A DNA stretch of 63,126 bases, filler included, from Nemertoderma westbladi (lineage: Eukaryota; Animalia; Xenacoelomorpha), in NCBI GenBank assembly GCA_032718475.1. It is 3 parts of 3 records of this genome, joined end to end, with 100 filler letters (N's around TTAATTAATTAA, not from the genome) between each part and the next. Parts side by side here need not be neighbours in the genome. Positions count along the whole stretch, not along the records: positions 38,578 to 63,126 come from JAUCBJ010006249.1; 2 more parts are not named here. The stretch is one strand, 5' to 3'. Below are positions 50,790 to 63,044 of the stretch, piece after piece. Position numbers and translations under genes: made by a program. How positions within the stretch are numbered: the stretch's first letter is position 1; the number at the start of each line of letters is the position of its first letter. The notes beneath the pieces were generated by a model. The model made no database searches. It was given only the letters and a program-made list of their open reading frames with translations, and was not told where the DNA came from.

Positions 50790-51253
50790 AAGCTTTCATT
50801 CTTTTTCACATTCTCACCTGGCTTAACAGTAAATGGAAACACAAATGACGAAGGAGGACGGAAATGTAAACTTAGTAGTCGGTACCTATCTTCCACTGAT
50901 AAGCGAGTGGTGGTGATACGAACCTCTTCAACGGACATCGCAGCAGTTACTACTTTGCCAATGTCTGGCTGAGGATAGCCAACATCAACCGTTGTTGGAT
51001 TTGGAATTGAAGTGAGGTGCCATTGGACTTGGACATGGACTCAGAGGAGGACACTGGTAGTTGGTAGATGTACAGTAGATTGTGTTTCTATTATGACAGT
51101 AGGATTCGTTGCGACAGGTATGGGACTGGAACTACCACTTGTCTGGTAGTTTCGCTTAGGCTCAGGGAGCGCTGAAAAATAGCTTCCAATAACGTTGGTT
51201 CCCTCAGCAGCCCTTTTTAACAACCGCTGCTTATTTTGTTGACGCCCTGGCAT
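50790..51253 (-). pseudogene. hAT (ZMYM1/THAP12-like) transposase N-terminal fragment
   Basis: IGSYF...PDIG...LSVEDRYRLLSLHFRPPSSFVFP pattern typical of the region before the TTF-type zinc finger; frameshifted and truncated. Confidence 0.55.
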
Positions 51254-52083
51254 ACCGGCACTTAAATAGTAAGTCAAGCATATATACAAAGAAATAAATA
51301 ATATAATGGAAGAATCAAGAATAGCCTAATAATTACCGGGCCTGCTGGACTATCTGACTATAAACTAGAACTGTAGCCTTAGCCTAAACGGCACTTATAT
51401 GACATCGGGCACTTACATTTTAAATTTTTTTTAAATCTGTATTTTATGTAAAACGGTACCGGTATGCATTGTAAATTTATTAATCATATGTTATGGCCTA
51501 TGTTACATTTTTTTTTTTTTAAATTTGTTCTAGAACAAAAATATTTATCAAGATTGATAGTTTACATTACACATAATTTTAAAATGTATGTAATGTACCC
51601 ATGTCGTAGGCCTATAAGTGCCGCCTAAACTACTGCATCAGAAAGTTCAGAATGCGACAAGTTATGTGGTGCAATAAAAAATAAAACCTGGAGGTGGTTA
51701 GGGTTACAGTTACCAGTAACAGGTATGCCTAAACTGGTAAAAATGCAGAAATTTGATTTGATGGTTGGTTACGGTACCGTACCCATGCAGCTAAACTTAG
51801 ATTTTAGGCAATCGCATCTTACAGCCTATAATAATTCAGGAAAATCGGCTGATTATAACAAAATCAAACCAGCTATTTAGTATAAAAGTATCCAGGAAGT
51901 AGGACAGTACTGGTGGTCTGGTATTGCTACCAGTAGTATACTAAGGTTGAATTGAATTTCCGACCTATTGTATGTTAGTTGCTTGTTGCTGCTACCTGTA
52001 CTAAACACTAAACCGAAAGTAAATGAACTAAACATTGAAAATATATAAATAACTTGCAGGTAATGTAATAGAGGTGTAGTGTG

Positions 52084-54450
52084 ACAAGCGGGTCATTACC
52101 GAACACTCTGAAATGGCAGAAAGGCTGCAGCGCGGAAAATTTGAATACGTAAGGCTAGCTGTTATAACTTAAAATCCGATACACTGTTATCCCTCGATAT
52201 ACAAAGCATTCTTCTAAATGTCTGATGGTCTAGTGGACAATCCGTTTGTAGTTTATCATTAAATGTACGAGTTCAAGCCCTTGGATGGAGTAAGACTTTT
52301 TGCTACTTCTCGTTAATCGTTTACAAGCCGATGCTATGTTGATAAAACCGATTTATATTTTAGAGCAGTGGTTCTCAACTTTATTGGCCAGTGGCTCCCC
52401 TACCGAGTCGGAATGTCTTCTTACAAGGGCTTGTACGGTCTTTAGTTAATTATTTATTAATAACACTGGACACTGGCCAGGACACTGGCCTTAAAGATGC
52501 GGATGATCTAGCAAATGTCATGGGTGATAGGGAGTTGTGACGGTGCAATTTTGTTGACAAGCCGGCACAGCATTCTTAAAAATGCAGCTGCAATGCAGCA
52601 TGCCGATCCTAGTAGTAGTAGTAGTAGTTAATTATTTATTAATTCCAGCAAAGAATATTAAGGGCTGGTATACTACTAAAAACTAATTTTTCTATCCAAC
52701 GCAGCCCCCCACGCACGGCCCTGTGGTAGATAATAATAGACTTTTGTTAAGGTTAATAATATTAGCAGTTCAGAAGTGTATACACATAACTGAATAAATA
52801 CACATTTATGAAGAATTACAAATATAAATGGTCACAATTTGTTTCGCTTGCGATAGGCTCATTATATCCATGGTCAGATAGATGATAGCAACGCGATGTA
52901 TTAGTGGTTGGCTGTTTATTCTCTAAGCATCGTTTTAATGTCTTGTTTGGTTATTAAGTGCAAACGTGAAACGTTAGAATTATCAAGTTCCAAGCGTACT
53001 GAGTCCAGAACATCATCCATTGAAATACCGGCTGCAAGTTTACCTGCAACTTCAACTCTTTCTTGCATCGTTAACTTCAAGTGGCACAATTCAGAATCAT
53101 GACCTACATGGTTCGGCTGGTAGGTAACATCAACAACTCCTAAAACAAATACAGTACAATTATTAAAGTCAGTTAGTGTAAGAAAAAAACAGTTTTTGTA
53201 AATAAGGACCTAGCATTTGACAGACCACACGCACCCCACTTGCTCACCCCACGCACATAATACAATTACGTTGTGTTGGATATTGAGTTCCGTTTTGGAG
53301 TACTTCTTGCAGACACTAAAGTTGCAATAACTTTTGAGTACCGGTATGTGCATGGATTTTGCTAAAATTATGTGCAAACCTTTTCTACTTCGATACACTT
53401 TCGAAAAGTGATACTTTTTTTCCTAGGGAAAAAATGGTCCTTTTTCTCCCGATTTTGGGGGATATTCTGATCAAAAAGTAACAATTTAAGAATATAAAAT
53501 AGTTTTAAAAAAATAAATAATAATGCACCTGAATTATGAAAGCGTGCAGTAATTGCCCCGGGACAAAAACTATTAATTTTACATGATCCTTGAACATTCG
53601 ATTCTTTCTTAGTATTTTGGGGTTTGTAGTTTCCATACTTCTAAAGCAGGTAAAGTATCTCACAACAGTTTCCTCGCTAACTATCTTTCTGGGCCCGGTA
53701 TTAGAATTGTACCTCTGTTGGGTAGACGATTCTTCCTCTTGTTTCCAAGTGTAAAACTCCGATTTTGACTGAAAACTTAATTTCTGCTCTTCAAGCAACT
53801 CGCTTTCATGTTCATCGGCAAAATGCTGTATAAGATCATTTCTTCGTTTGCAGTGGAAGTTGCAACTCCCTTTCGCAGGACAATGTATTAAATTACGTAA
53901 AGAGCCCTGATCAGCTTGAGCGATTTTGGATGATTCGCTCTTTTGTTTCCGCCCACGCGAAAACTTATTTATCATATTGTGCACCGTTCTACCATGTGCG
54001 TATAACGTAGAATTTCTTGTAAAACTCGATCCACAAATGGTGCAGATAATAGGCGTACGAACTGTAGTAGCGGTACCGGTACTCGTATTGGCACCATCCG
54101 ACCTTCTTCTTCCTACTTTGGCTTCTATATACGCGTTGTGAACATTACGTTGGTGGGCATTAAAGTTCGATTGTCGGGAAAAGCTTCTATTAAACAATGT
54201 GCAATAATAATCGTCCATACTCCATATATCACTTGTATCACTAACATCGGTAGGCCTACAGTCTGACAGTAATATTTACGACATCTGGACATATCCCTGT
54301 ATCCAGATATCAAGCAGATAGCTAGATAGCAGATAGTCCTAGGCATAATACAGTAATACCGCACACTGCTATACTTAACCGGCAAATATTCGAATTTCCC
54401 GCCCCGCAGCCATTCTGCCATTTCAAAGTGTTCGGTAATGACCCGCTTGT
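52084..54450 (-). mobile_element. Internally deleted MULE/MuDR element with a C2H2-zinc-finger transposase N-terminus
   Basis: ~65-bp TIR acaagcgggtcattaccgaacact.tgaaatggcagaa; perfect 8-bp TSD gtagtgtg. ORF 53505-54218 has C2H2 fingers and F.S..EF..WK..EE...YFTCFRS, then frameshifted QGSCKINSFCP, an intron (~53140-53528) and HVGH...RLHLITKQDI. No DDE core seen. Confidence 0.85.
52460..52628 (+). mobile_element. RTE 3' fragment with (TAG)n tail nested in the MULE
   Basis: Encodes DTGLKDADDLANVMGDREL, similar to the RTE C-terminus at 35095-35200; ends ctagtagtagtagtagtag. Confidence 0.6.
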
Positions 54451-55090
54451 GTAGTGTGTAGTGGTATCGGTATGATGTTCACTCTTGACAGCAAGTAATA
54501 CCAGAACACCCAGTAATATAAATGGACAGAAATCTGATTAGAATAAGATTCAAGTGACTGTGTGTTCTTTTGGTTTAATAATTACACAAAAATTTTTGTA
54601 TTAGTCCACAATGAAAATATATTCGTCCAATTGCGGACCTTTTCTCACTTTTTGGGGGGTGCAGCTGCACCCCTTGCACCCCATTGGCGCCGGCCATGCC
54701 AAGAAGTGCGTTGCTTGCCAAATTTATAGGAAAGGCTGTGTTTGCTCTGTCACTATCTCTCCAGACTCTAAGCAAATATTAACTGTACATTATTGTAATC
54801 TATACAGATGTATGAGGTGCCGTTAAAGCCAAAAGGTCAGCAATTCTATTAAAGGTTTTAAAAAGAATATTAGAGAATTTCAAAACATATTTTCGGCCGA
54901 AATTTCGGCCGAAATATTTTATTACATTTTCAGCTCTTTCATTTGATGAAATATTTCGTGATTTCCCAAGTTTGGAGGGAAAATTGAAATGATAATTGAA
55001 GTACGTATTTTGTTGCTTAGAATCTTGTTTCCTGAACATTTTCATCATCAGGCAGTACCGGTAGCTTACTCATCAATTCGTTGTATTGCA

Positions 55091-56142
55091 ATGAAACCAC
55101 CCCTTGCAAATAGTACCGGTGGAAGACCTCGATATATTATTACCAATGATCAGATAAGTTACCTTCACAAGCATAGGTTTAATCAACGAGATATATCGCG
55201 TATAATTGGAGTTTCTGTACGAACTGTTAGTCGCCGTTGTAACAGTTTCAGACTGTTGAACCCGAGATTCACTGCAATCAACGACAACGATCTACACAAC
55301 AAAATTAAAGGGATTTTGGAAAATACTCATAACATTGGTGAGGTTTACTTGCGGGGTGCTCTCGAAGCCAATGACATCAGTATACAGCGGTGGCGGGTTC
55401 GTCAACGACCCGATATAATTGATCCTATAGGTCGTATTATGCATCGAAGAACCGCCATTAAGCGCAGTTTACAATGTAAAGTCAGCTAACAGCCTCTGGC
55501 ATGTAGATACTAACCACAAACTCATTAATTGTAGGTTGATTTTCCATGGAATTGTTGATGGATATAGCCGCTTAATACTGTAGTTGGTCTTCGTGTAACC
55601 AATAGCAACACTGCGAGAGACGCCTACTCAAACTTTGATTCAGCACCACAAGTCGTGTTAGAGGCGATAAAGGTTCTGAGAACTTTGATATAGCACGGCA
55701 TATGTTGATGCAGAAAGGACTCGGGCGGGGAAGTTTTATTGCGGGTTCTAGTGTTCACAATACACGAATTGAACGCCTTTGGTCAGAACCTAATAAAGTT
55801 GTCACCAGACCGTACAAGGCTATATTTAAGAGAATGGAATGGGACGAGACTTTCGATTGCAACAACAAAAAGCACATGTATGCTTTACACTTTATGTTGA
55901 AAAAAAGGATTACGAGATCCATCAATGAATTTATTGGTTCTTTCAATAACCACGGTTTAAGCACTGTCCACAATAAGACGCCAAACCAGCTATGGTCGGA
56001 AAGTATACTGATAAATAGAAATCCAGAACTTGATTCACTGCCTATTATTCCTGACTATGGGGTTGAAGAAACGGATAATAGCAGCGATACTGAACTCGAG
56101 ACTGAAATTCGGGTACCAGATATTTATTATATAATTTTATAA
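55091..56142 (+). pseudogene. IS3EU-like DDE integrase/transposase 1, disrupted
   Basis: GGRP-HTH N-terminus; WHVDTNHKLI...HGIVDGYSR; [10 protein letters not shown]; [20 protein letters not shown]; frameshifts and a stop. Confidence 0.8.
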
Positions 56143-56369
56143 TATAAATATAAATATAGAAAATATTTATACACATATTATTATATTATATTGTCATATT
56201 TTCAATATTATTTTCAAAATAAATATATGTGTGGGTCTGAAATGTACGGTGGCTGATTTAGGCCACATTTAATTTATTTTTTTTTTCGAAGAGGATTAAG
56301 AAAAAAAAATAAACTAAATTATATTATTTAGGGGATTAAGAAAACAGAAACAAATTAAACTAAATTATG

Positions 56370-56710
56370 CGAATATTGATTTCTGATTGGTTGAAAAAAT
56401 AAATAAACTAAATTAAGATATTTCTGATTGGTTAAAAAAATAAATAAACTAAATTAACTGTATTTCTGATTGGTTGAAAAAATAAATAAACTAAATTAAG
56501 TATATTTCTGATTGGTTGAAAAAATATATAAACTAAATTAAGTTATTTCTGATTGGTTTAAAAAATAAATAAACTAAATTAAGTATATTTCTGATTGGTT
56601 GAAAAAATAAATAAACTAAATTAAGATATTTCTCATTGGTTTAAAAAATAAATAAACTAAATTAACTGTATTTCTGATTGGTTGAAAAACTAGATAAACT
56701 AAATTATACA
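56370..56710. repeat. 41-42-bp tandem repeat, 8 units, subterminal to element 2
   Basis: ct(g/c)attgg at 56383, 56424, 56466, 56508, 56549, 56591, 56632, 56674; follows a tacggtggc putative terminus at 56245. Confidence 0.93.
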
Positions 56711-56854
56711 GTCTGACTGTGACTGGAGGCTAGTCAGATATTGGACTACTGCTTTAGTCAGTGTAGTTAGTTGGAGTGGAGTCATGTACTATCTTACCCG
56801 GTACTGTTGTTAGATTATAACTCCTACGGCATGCTACTTGTTGATCTTAGATAG

Positions 56855-57119
56855 ATAGATTTATTTATACATTATGTAAAAACAATAACAAATACACCAA
56901 ACAATGTACCGGTATAAAGGTATTGTCCAACATAACATATAGGATTACCCCTAAAGCTTTGCAGCTTATTTCCAAGGGGGTCCTTTATGTTACTTGGTTA
57001 CAAATACAATATTACACTACGCTAACCTAAAACCAATATAAAACGTAATTACACTATGTACATGTACAACTTTACCGAGAGCGTGACAATGCCCGACTCA
57101 ACGATAAAGATGTAATGTA
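56855..57119 (-). mobile_element. 5'-truncated LINE/SINE 3' end, copy 2
   Basis: Near-identical to 28121-28380; (atct)n tail on the minus strand. Confidence 0.7.
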
Positions 57120-57450
57120 CAGAACAATTTATTATAAAACGTAATTACAGTATAAATAGTAAATAATTAATAAACTAATAACTTACTGTAGGACTATTGT
57201 ACCTATTTTTACATTGCACACGGAGATGAGATTTAACTGCAGATTTAAAAGAATGTTGATTATATAGGTTTTTAATTTCATTAGGCAGAGCGTTCCAATT
57301 TTTAATACCGTTAAAAAAGAAAGTATCAGATTCGAAGGATTTACAATTCGGGAGGTAGAAGTTTGAAGCACTTGCTCTGGTACTGTAAGAGTGTGTATCG
57401 CGTACTCTGTTGAATTTTTGTTTTAGGTAATTGGGATCAGTATATTTACC

Positions 57451-58572
57451 ATGTCGTCCAGTCTTACAGAAGGGTCGGATCAGTATGTAAAGTTACTAGA
57501 GGATTACTTTTGGAAGGGTTACCAGCATAAATAAATATGTACTCTCCTTTCTAGTAATGACGGATTCCCAGTGACTTCTTCTAGGACTGTTAGAAGAAAT
57601 TTAAATAAACTAGGCTTAATAAAGCGATTTAATCCTCTCCAGTTCCCCACTGTTATATCTACTATGATAGATGAAATAAGTAAAGATATGAACACGAGTG
57701 GCCTTGGTTATAGGCAAAATGCAGAAGTTATTATTGTTAAATCATAAATTATATGTACCGAAAAAGTCAGTTGTTCAACTCCTTCGTTTATTAGAACCGA
57801 ACGCAGTTAGGAGAAGGATTAGTAGGAAAGTGGTCAGACGTACTTATATTTCAAAGGGCCCAAGTTACTTACTACACATAGATGGGTGGGACAAGCTAAA
57901 GCCCTACGGTTTGGCTGTTCATGGGGGGATCGACGGCTATAGCCGTAAACTACTCTGGCTTAAATGCCATTGCACGAATAATGATCCGTTTATAATCGGT
58001 GAATATTTTATTGATGCCCTTAAAGAGCTAGGCGGTGTCCCGCACATTATTAGGTCTGATCGTGGCACAGAAAACGTCAATGCAGAATTCTTTCAACGAC
58101 TTTTACGTCTATATGAACTAAATATTTCTGATCCACATGTTTTTATATTTGGAAAAAGCACGCGCAATCAGCGCATTGAATCGTGGTGGTCTAAGTTCCC
58201 AATGCTCGGCATGCAAACTTGGTTGTCTCACTTTGGATCGCTGGAAATTTATGGCATTATAGACACATCTAATAATCTACATATTGAGATAGTGCGTTAC
58301 GTTTATTTAGACTTCAAAGAACACTTGACTCTATTAGAATTCAATGGAATAGCCACCGACTTCGTAAAAGTGGACTTATTTCACCTGGAGGTAAACCTGA
58401 CATATTGTTTGTCGATAATCCAAACTATTTGCATCCAGTTAGTATAGAGGATATCAATCTGATTGACAGATTTAACTCGGAAATGACAATTAACATGCGA
58501 ACATGCCGAAGGTCTGTATCAAACATATGTGACTATTACTTATCAAGAAACCCACATATTATATCTCCTCAG
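57451..58572 (+). pseudogene. IS3EU-like DDE integrase/transposase 2, disrupted and cut by an LTR insertion
   Basis: ATG at 57451 with an early stop; LGYR; HIDGWDKLKPYGLAVHGGIDGYSRK; RSDRGTEN; GKSTRNQRIESWW; two frameshifts. Confidence 0.82.
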
Positions 58573-59113
58573 TGTGACGGGATCTACGGATCCCGGTTTA
58601 TCCGTTTGGGTTTTCTACCTACGCGTCCCCGCCGTGTATATGAAAAGGTTCGTTTAGAGTTCTGATGTTCGGTAATATGTAGAAAGGTATAATATAGTTG
58701 ATATAGCAGACATGGATAACTGGTTACCGGTAGATAAGTACAGAAGTATTACACGTGATGGCGGTAGCGGACGGTGATAGAAGTCACCGTTCCACCCTAC
58801 TGAGCTGACTGAGTAAACTGAATAACTGATTGCATCGACCGGTAATATATATTGCACGGTTTGGCCTTGTTACAGTACCTAGTCGATGCTCCCCCCCTGA
58901 TTGGCTAATATCCCTGTTGGCACCCTTTGGAGTGTTTCCCTTCACTCCTTGTGTTCTCTCTCGGTTAGGGGTTTGGCCCCTGACCCCTATTGTGTGTTTC
59001 TCCTTCCCACTTTATTGGGGTGACGCGAGATTGGGTAACCAACCTCGTGGCCCCCAATATTGCTTAATGGCTCACTCTATGGGTTTGTGTTAGCGGAATT
59101 GGATAAGCTAACA
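58573..59113 (-). mobile_element. Probable 3' LTR of a BEL/Pao-like element
   Basis: Minus strand reads TGTTAG...GTCACA and is directly preceded by a polypurine tract GGGGGGGAG (59114-59122); interrupts integrase 2. The second LTR is outside the window. Confidence 0.55.
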
Positions 59114-59339
59114 CTCCCCCCCATGCTATCTTCCCGGTTGGAAGATAGCATCCACCTAAAGTGCGCTACAATTCCGCTGGATCCCGATCTAGTATCGGGT
59201 GTGGGGTGGGTCTATTTTCTTTCGGAGCCGGCTTTCCAGGCCGCTCCCTATGGGTATGATGTCACTACCCTCTGGCGTCTTGTGTCGGGCCGATCGTGCG
59301 CTTCTCTCACACAATTTTTGTTTCCCCGGCACTCTCACC

Positions 59340-60730
59340 ACTCTAGCTCCGCTCTCTAACTCGACTCCCCAGTCTTACTCTCTCCCCACACCTTAATCGC
59401 ACTCTAACTTCTCTCCATACTCCTCTCACTATCTCCTCTCTACCACTCTCTAAGGCCCTAATCTCTAATGCTACCCCTGTGCTATCATACTATCTACCTA
59501 CTACTTACTTGCTAACTATCTAACTATCTTACTTTCTACTAACTCTCCGACTCTAACTAGCTCTACTTAGTCTAACTAACTCCTACTAACTCTCTACTTC
59601 TACTAACTCTACTTGACTCCTCTAAGTCTACCAACTCTCTAGCCCTTTAACTAGAACTCCCTAACTCTACCCACTCTTCTAACTACGTGGCGCTTGCGGT
59701 GCCCACAACCACTCTACTGTCTACTTCCTTCTACGTGGCGCTTGCGGTGCCCACAACCACTCTACTATCTGGCACCCTATGTGCCCTTCTACTACTCAAC
59801 TACCTCTCTAACTCTACTACCTGGCACCCTATGTGCCCTCTCTACTACCTCTAACACTCTAACTCTACTACTTGGCACCCTATGTGCCCTCTCTACTACT
59901 CTACTCTCTGGCACCCTACGTGCCCTCTCTACTACCTTAACACTCCACTCTACTACCTGGCACACTATGTGCCCTCTCTACCACTCTACTCTATCTCTAA
60001 CTTACTTCCTTTACATCTACTCCCTTTACATCTACTCGCCTACACGTGACGCTCTGAATGCCAGCAGAGTGGGTACGTTAATCATGTGAACTACTACTAA
60101 CTCTTACTAACTCTACTAACTCTCTACTAACTCTTACTAACTCTACTACTAACTCTACTACTAACTCTCTACTAACTCCTTTTGTGCCCGGCACCTCTTG
60201 TGCCCGGCACCCACCCTAATTAACATACCCTGCTCTTACATCAAACACGTCATCACGCCCGTGCCCCACTAAGTTCAACGCATTCCCTACTAACTCTAAC
60301 TACGTGGCGCTTGCGGAGCCCACAACCACTCTGCTTACTACTTCCTACGTGGCGCTTACGGTGCCCACAACCCTCTACTGCTCTACTCCTTTCTACGTGG
60401 CGCTTATGGTGCCCACAACCCTCTACTGCTCTACTAACTTTCTAACTAACGGTACTACGTACCCTCTTACTACTCTAACTCTCTCTACTAGCTAACGGTA
60501 CTACGTACCCTCTCACTAACTCTAACTCCACTAACTAACGGTGCTACGTACCCTCTAACTACTCTCTAACTAACGGTACTACGTACCCTCTAACTCTTAC
60601 TCTAACTAGCGGTACTACGTACCCTCTTAACTAACTAACTAACTAACTCTCTCGGTACTACGTACCTCCTAACTAACTAACTAATTAACTCTCCCGGTAC
60701 TACGTACCTCCTAACTAACTTCTACCTACT
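59340..60730. repeat. Strand-skewed (ctaact-like) region with repeated hairpin modules
   Basis: tacgtggcgctt..ggtgcccacaacc x5, tggcaccctatgtgccc x5, tgtgcccggcac x2, cggtactacgtacc x7. Confidence 0.9.
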
Positions 60731-60759
60731 TTATTATTTAATTATTTTATTGTTTTTAA

Positions 60760-63044
60760 TTAAATAATTATTTTATATTTTATGCGTGGGAAGGGCATCT
60801 CGCCCTCATTCCCACCCCCCTCAGTCCAAAACTTTGGACGACTAAAAACTCTCACGTGCCCCTTCTTCCAGTAGGCACTCTCCTGCTGCCCTCCTATACG
60901 TCCTCTAACTCTTCGCCACACTCTCTTCGGTGCTACCTTTGCTGGCCTCCCCCTTCGTATGTGCGCTGGCATTAAAGCCCTCGACGACCCCCGATCGTCC
61001 CTTGGTATACACGGCGTCCGCCCATGTAATGCCCCCTCGCACTGTGTCAGTCCTGCGTGCGTATGCAACACGCCTCCGACTCCTTTATGTTTGCTCATGG
61101 GCCTCTCTGCCCCTGGTTTAGTCCTTTCACATCCTCTCTCTTTCCAACACTCTCCGGATCTGTGTCCTTTTACCACACATCGATGACATAGTCCGTTTGC
61201 GTCTGTGTAGGCTACACGATCTCGTTTGGGCAACGCTTGCCAGTACTTACAACTCCTGGTCTCATGGGTTCCGTCCCGATGTAATTGACATTGGAATCCT
61301 GGATTATAGCGTTTCCTGTATAGTCCTTCACGTATCGCGCTTAGGTTTATATGTACCGATTTAATGTTTCGATTGTCTAGACTCGGCCTACTGGGTATAT
61401 TGGGATTGTGTTTATTTATGGTGTTATTTTCTTTCTGTCCCTGCCACGGTGTGGCTCTGCTACCAGCTAACTGTGGACTAGCAGTCCCCTGTATGGCCGC
61501 GTGTGGTAGCGACTGTCCGCACGACCTGTTCTCGTCCAGGGAGTTCGATGTTCTTGCTCCTATTGGGGTATATTGTCGATATTGTGATGGGGGAATGTCA
61601 CCCTGTCCCCCCCCCCCCGGCCAGTATGTTTGGTACTGGGGTTGATGTTAATATATTGGGGCCCATACGTCTATCTCCAATAACTCTCCCCTCCCCTGGA
61701 TACATGTTATGCCCCTGTGTATTATAGTCATGCTGCTGTACCGATATAGGCCTACCCACTTCCTGCCTACCTACCGGTATGTACTCTGCGGCTTCCGGGT
61801 TTAATCCCGTCGTTCGCGCTACCCTATCGCCTACTCTACCTCTCCCAGCATGGCCTATAATAGTATGTGCAGTAAGGCCTACAGTATGTCCTGCAGTCTG
61901 CATGTGCCCTTTCGAACCGAAGTTTAATCTTCGCGAATCTCGAATCTCCCGGCGACTACCGCACTCTCGATCGGCAGCTATATCCCGTCGGGAAGCTTCT
62001 CTCCGATCCCCTCTCCTGTTCTCGACTTTGTATTGGTATGTCCTGTACCCCTCTCTTGGCGTGTGGTGCGTTTCTCCGGGGCGACGGCAATCTCCCGAAG
62101 TTCGACCCCACTGACTCCCTAACTCCATCTCTACTATCGACGGTCCGCTATCCGTCCTCACACTGCTATCGTTCGTGGCGACACTTCTTCTACTATCTTC
62201 TCTTCTTCTCTTTTCAGTGCAGTATTCCGGCTCATGAGATCTCTTGTCGACCTCCCGGTTAAACTCCACTGTTCTTCTTCCCTCTTCTGATCGGGCTCGA
62301 CGCTTCGTCCGCCCTCTCGCGACGTCAACCTGCCTCTCTCTGCTCGATCGCACGCCGCTGGGGATACTCGCAATCCCCTTATTACTCCCCATCGCCGGGT
62401 GTTGCGGTTTACCTAATTCGGCCCGCGCATTATTCGCCGACGCCTGTGGGACACTCTCTGCCCCCCCCTCTCTCGCTACTAATCTCTCGCGGTGGGGTGT
62501 CCGTAGCCCCCCCACACCCGCCACTTCTAACTTCACTATCTCTTACTGCACTTTTGCGTTCCTCTTGTCGGACACTCTCTACCCCCCCTCTCTCGCCACT
62601 AATCTTCTGTGGTGGGGCTCCTGTACCCCCCCCCCCCACTCGCCACTTCTAACTTCACTACCTCTTGCTACACTTCTACACCCCTCTTGTGGGGCATTCT
62701 CTGCCCCCCCTCTCTCGCCACTAATCTTATGTGGTGGGGCGCCCGTAGCCCCCCCCCCCCCACTCGCCACATCTAACTTCACTATCTCTTACTTTACTAC
62801 TACACCCCTCTCTAGTCGACACACTGTCTCTACTACGGCTGGGTCTATTCACCCCCGCCTCTCTCTCTACTACTGCGTGGCCTATCAGGCCCACCTCGGG
62901 TTGGCTCAACCCCGCTACCTCCTGCCTACTAACTACGTGGCCTACCAGGCCCCCGTCGGGGTTTCTCGCCCCTGCCACTCTCTGCGAACTAACTGCGTGG
63001 CCTGCCAGGCCCCCATCGGGGTTATGCACGTCCGACATGCTCAT
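60760..63044 (-). CDS. Gag/nucleocapsid-like protein of a pol-less BEL/Pao-like element, broken at G homopolymers
   Basis: CQLHRDGTHETRSC...L...R...LCHRCVVKGHRSGEC...C...H...LH is a BEL-type zinc-knuckle cluster. The frame is open from 61606 to 60760 and joins upstream ORFs at poly-G runs. The N-terminus is built from ~60-bp and ~120-bp tandem repeats. Confidence 0.65.

Noticed and set aside
52225-52290. tRNA gene
   Set aside because: Only A/B-box remnants without a cloverleaf; the same applies to 12793, 29951 and 34245.
59680-60730. CRISPR array
   Set aside because: Spacers are low-complexity ctaact variants of unequal length and there are several repeat types.
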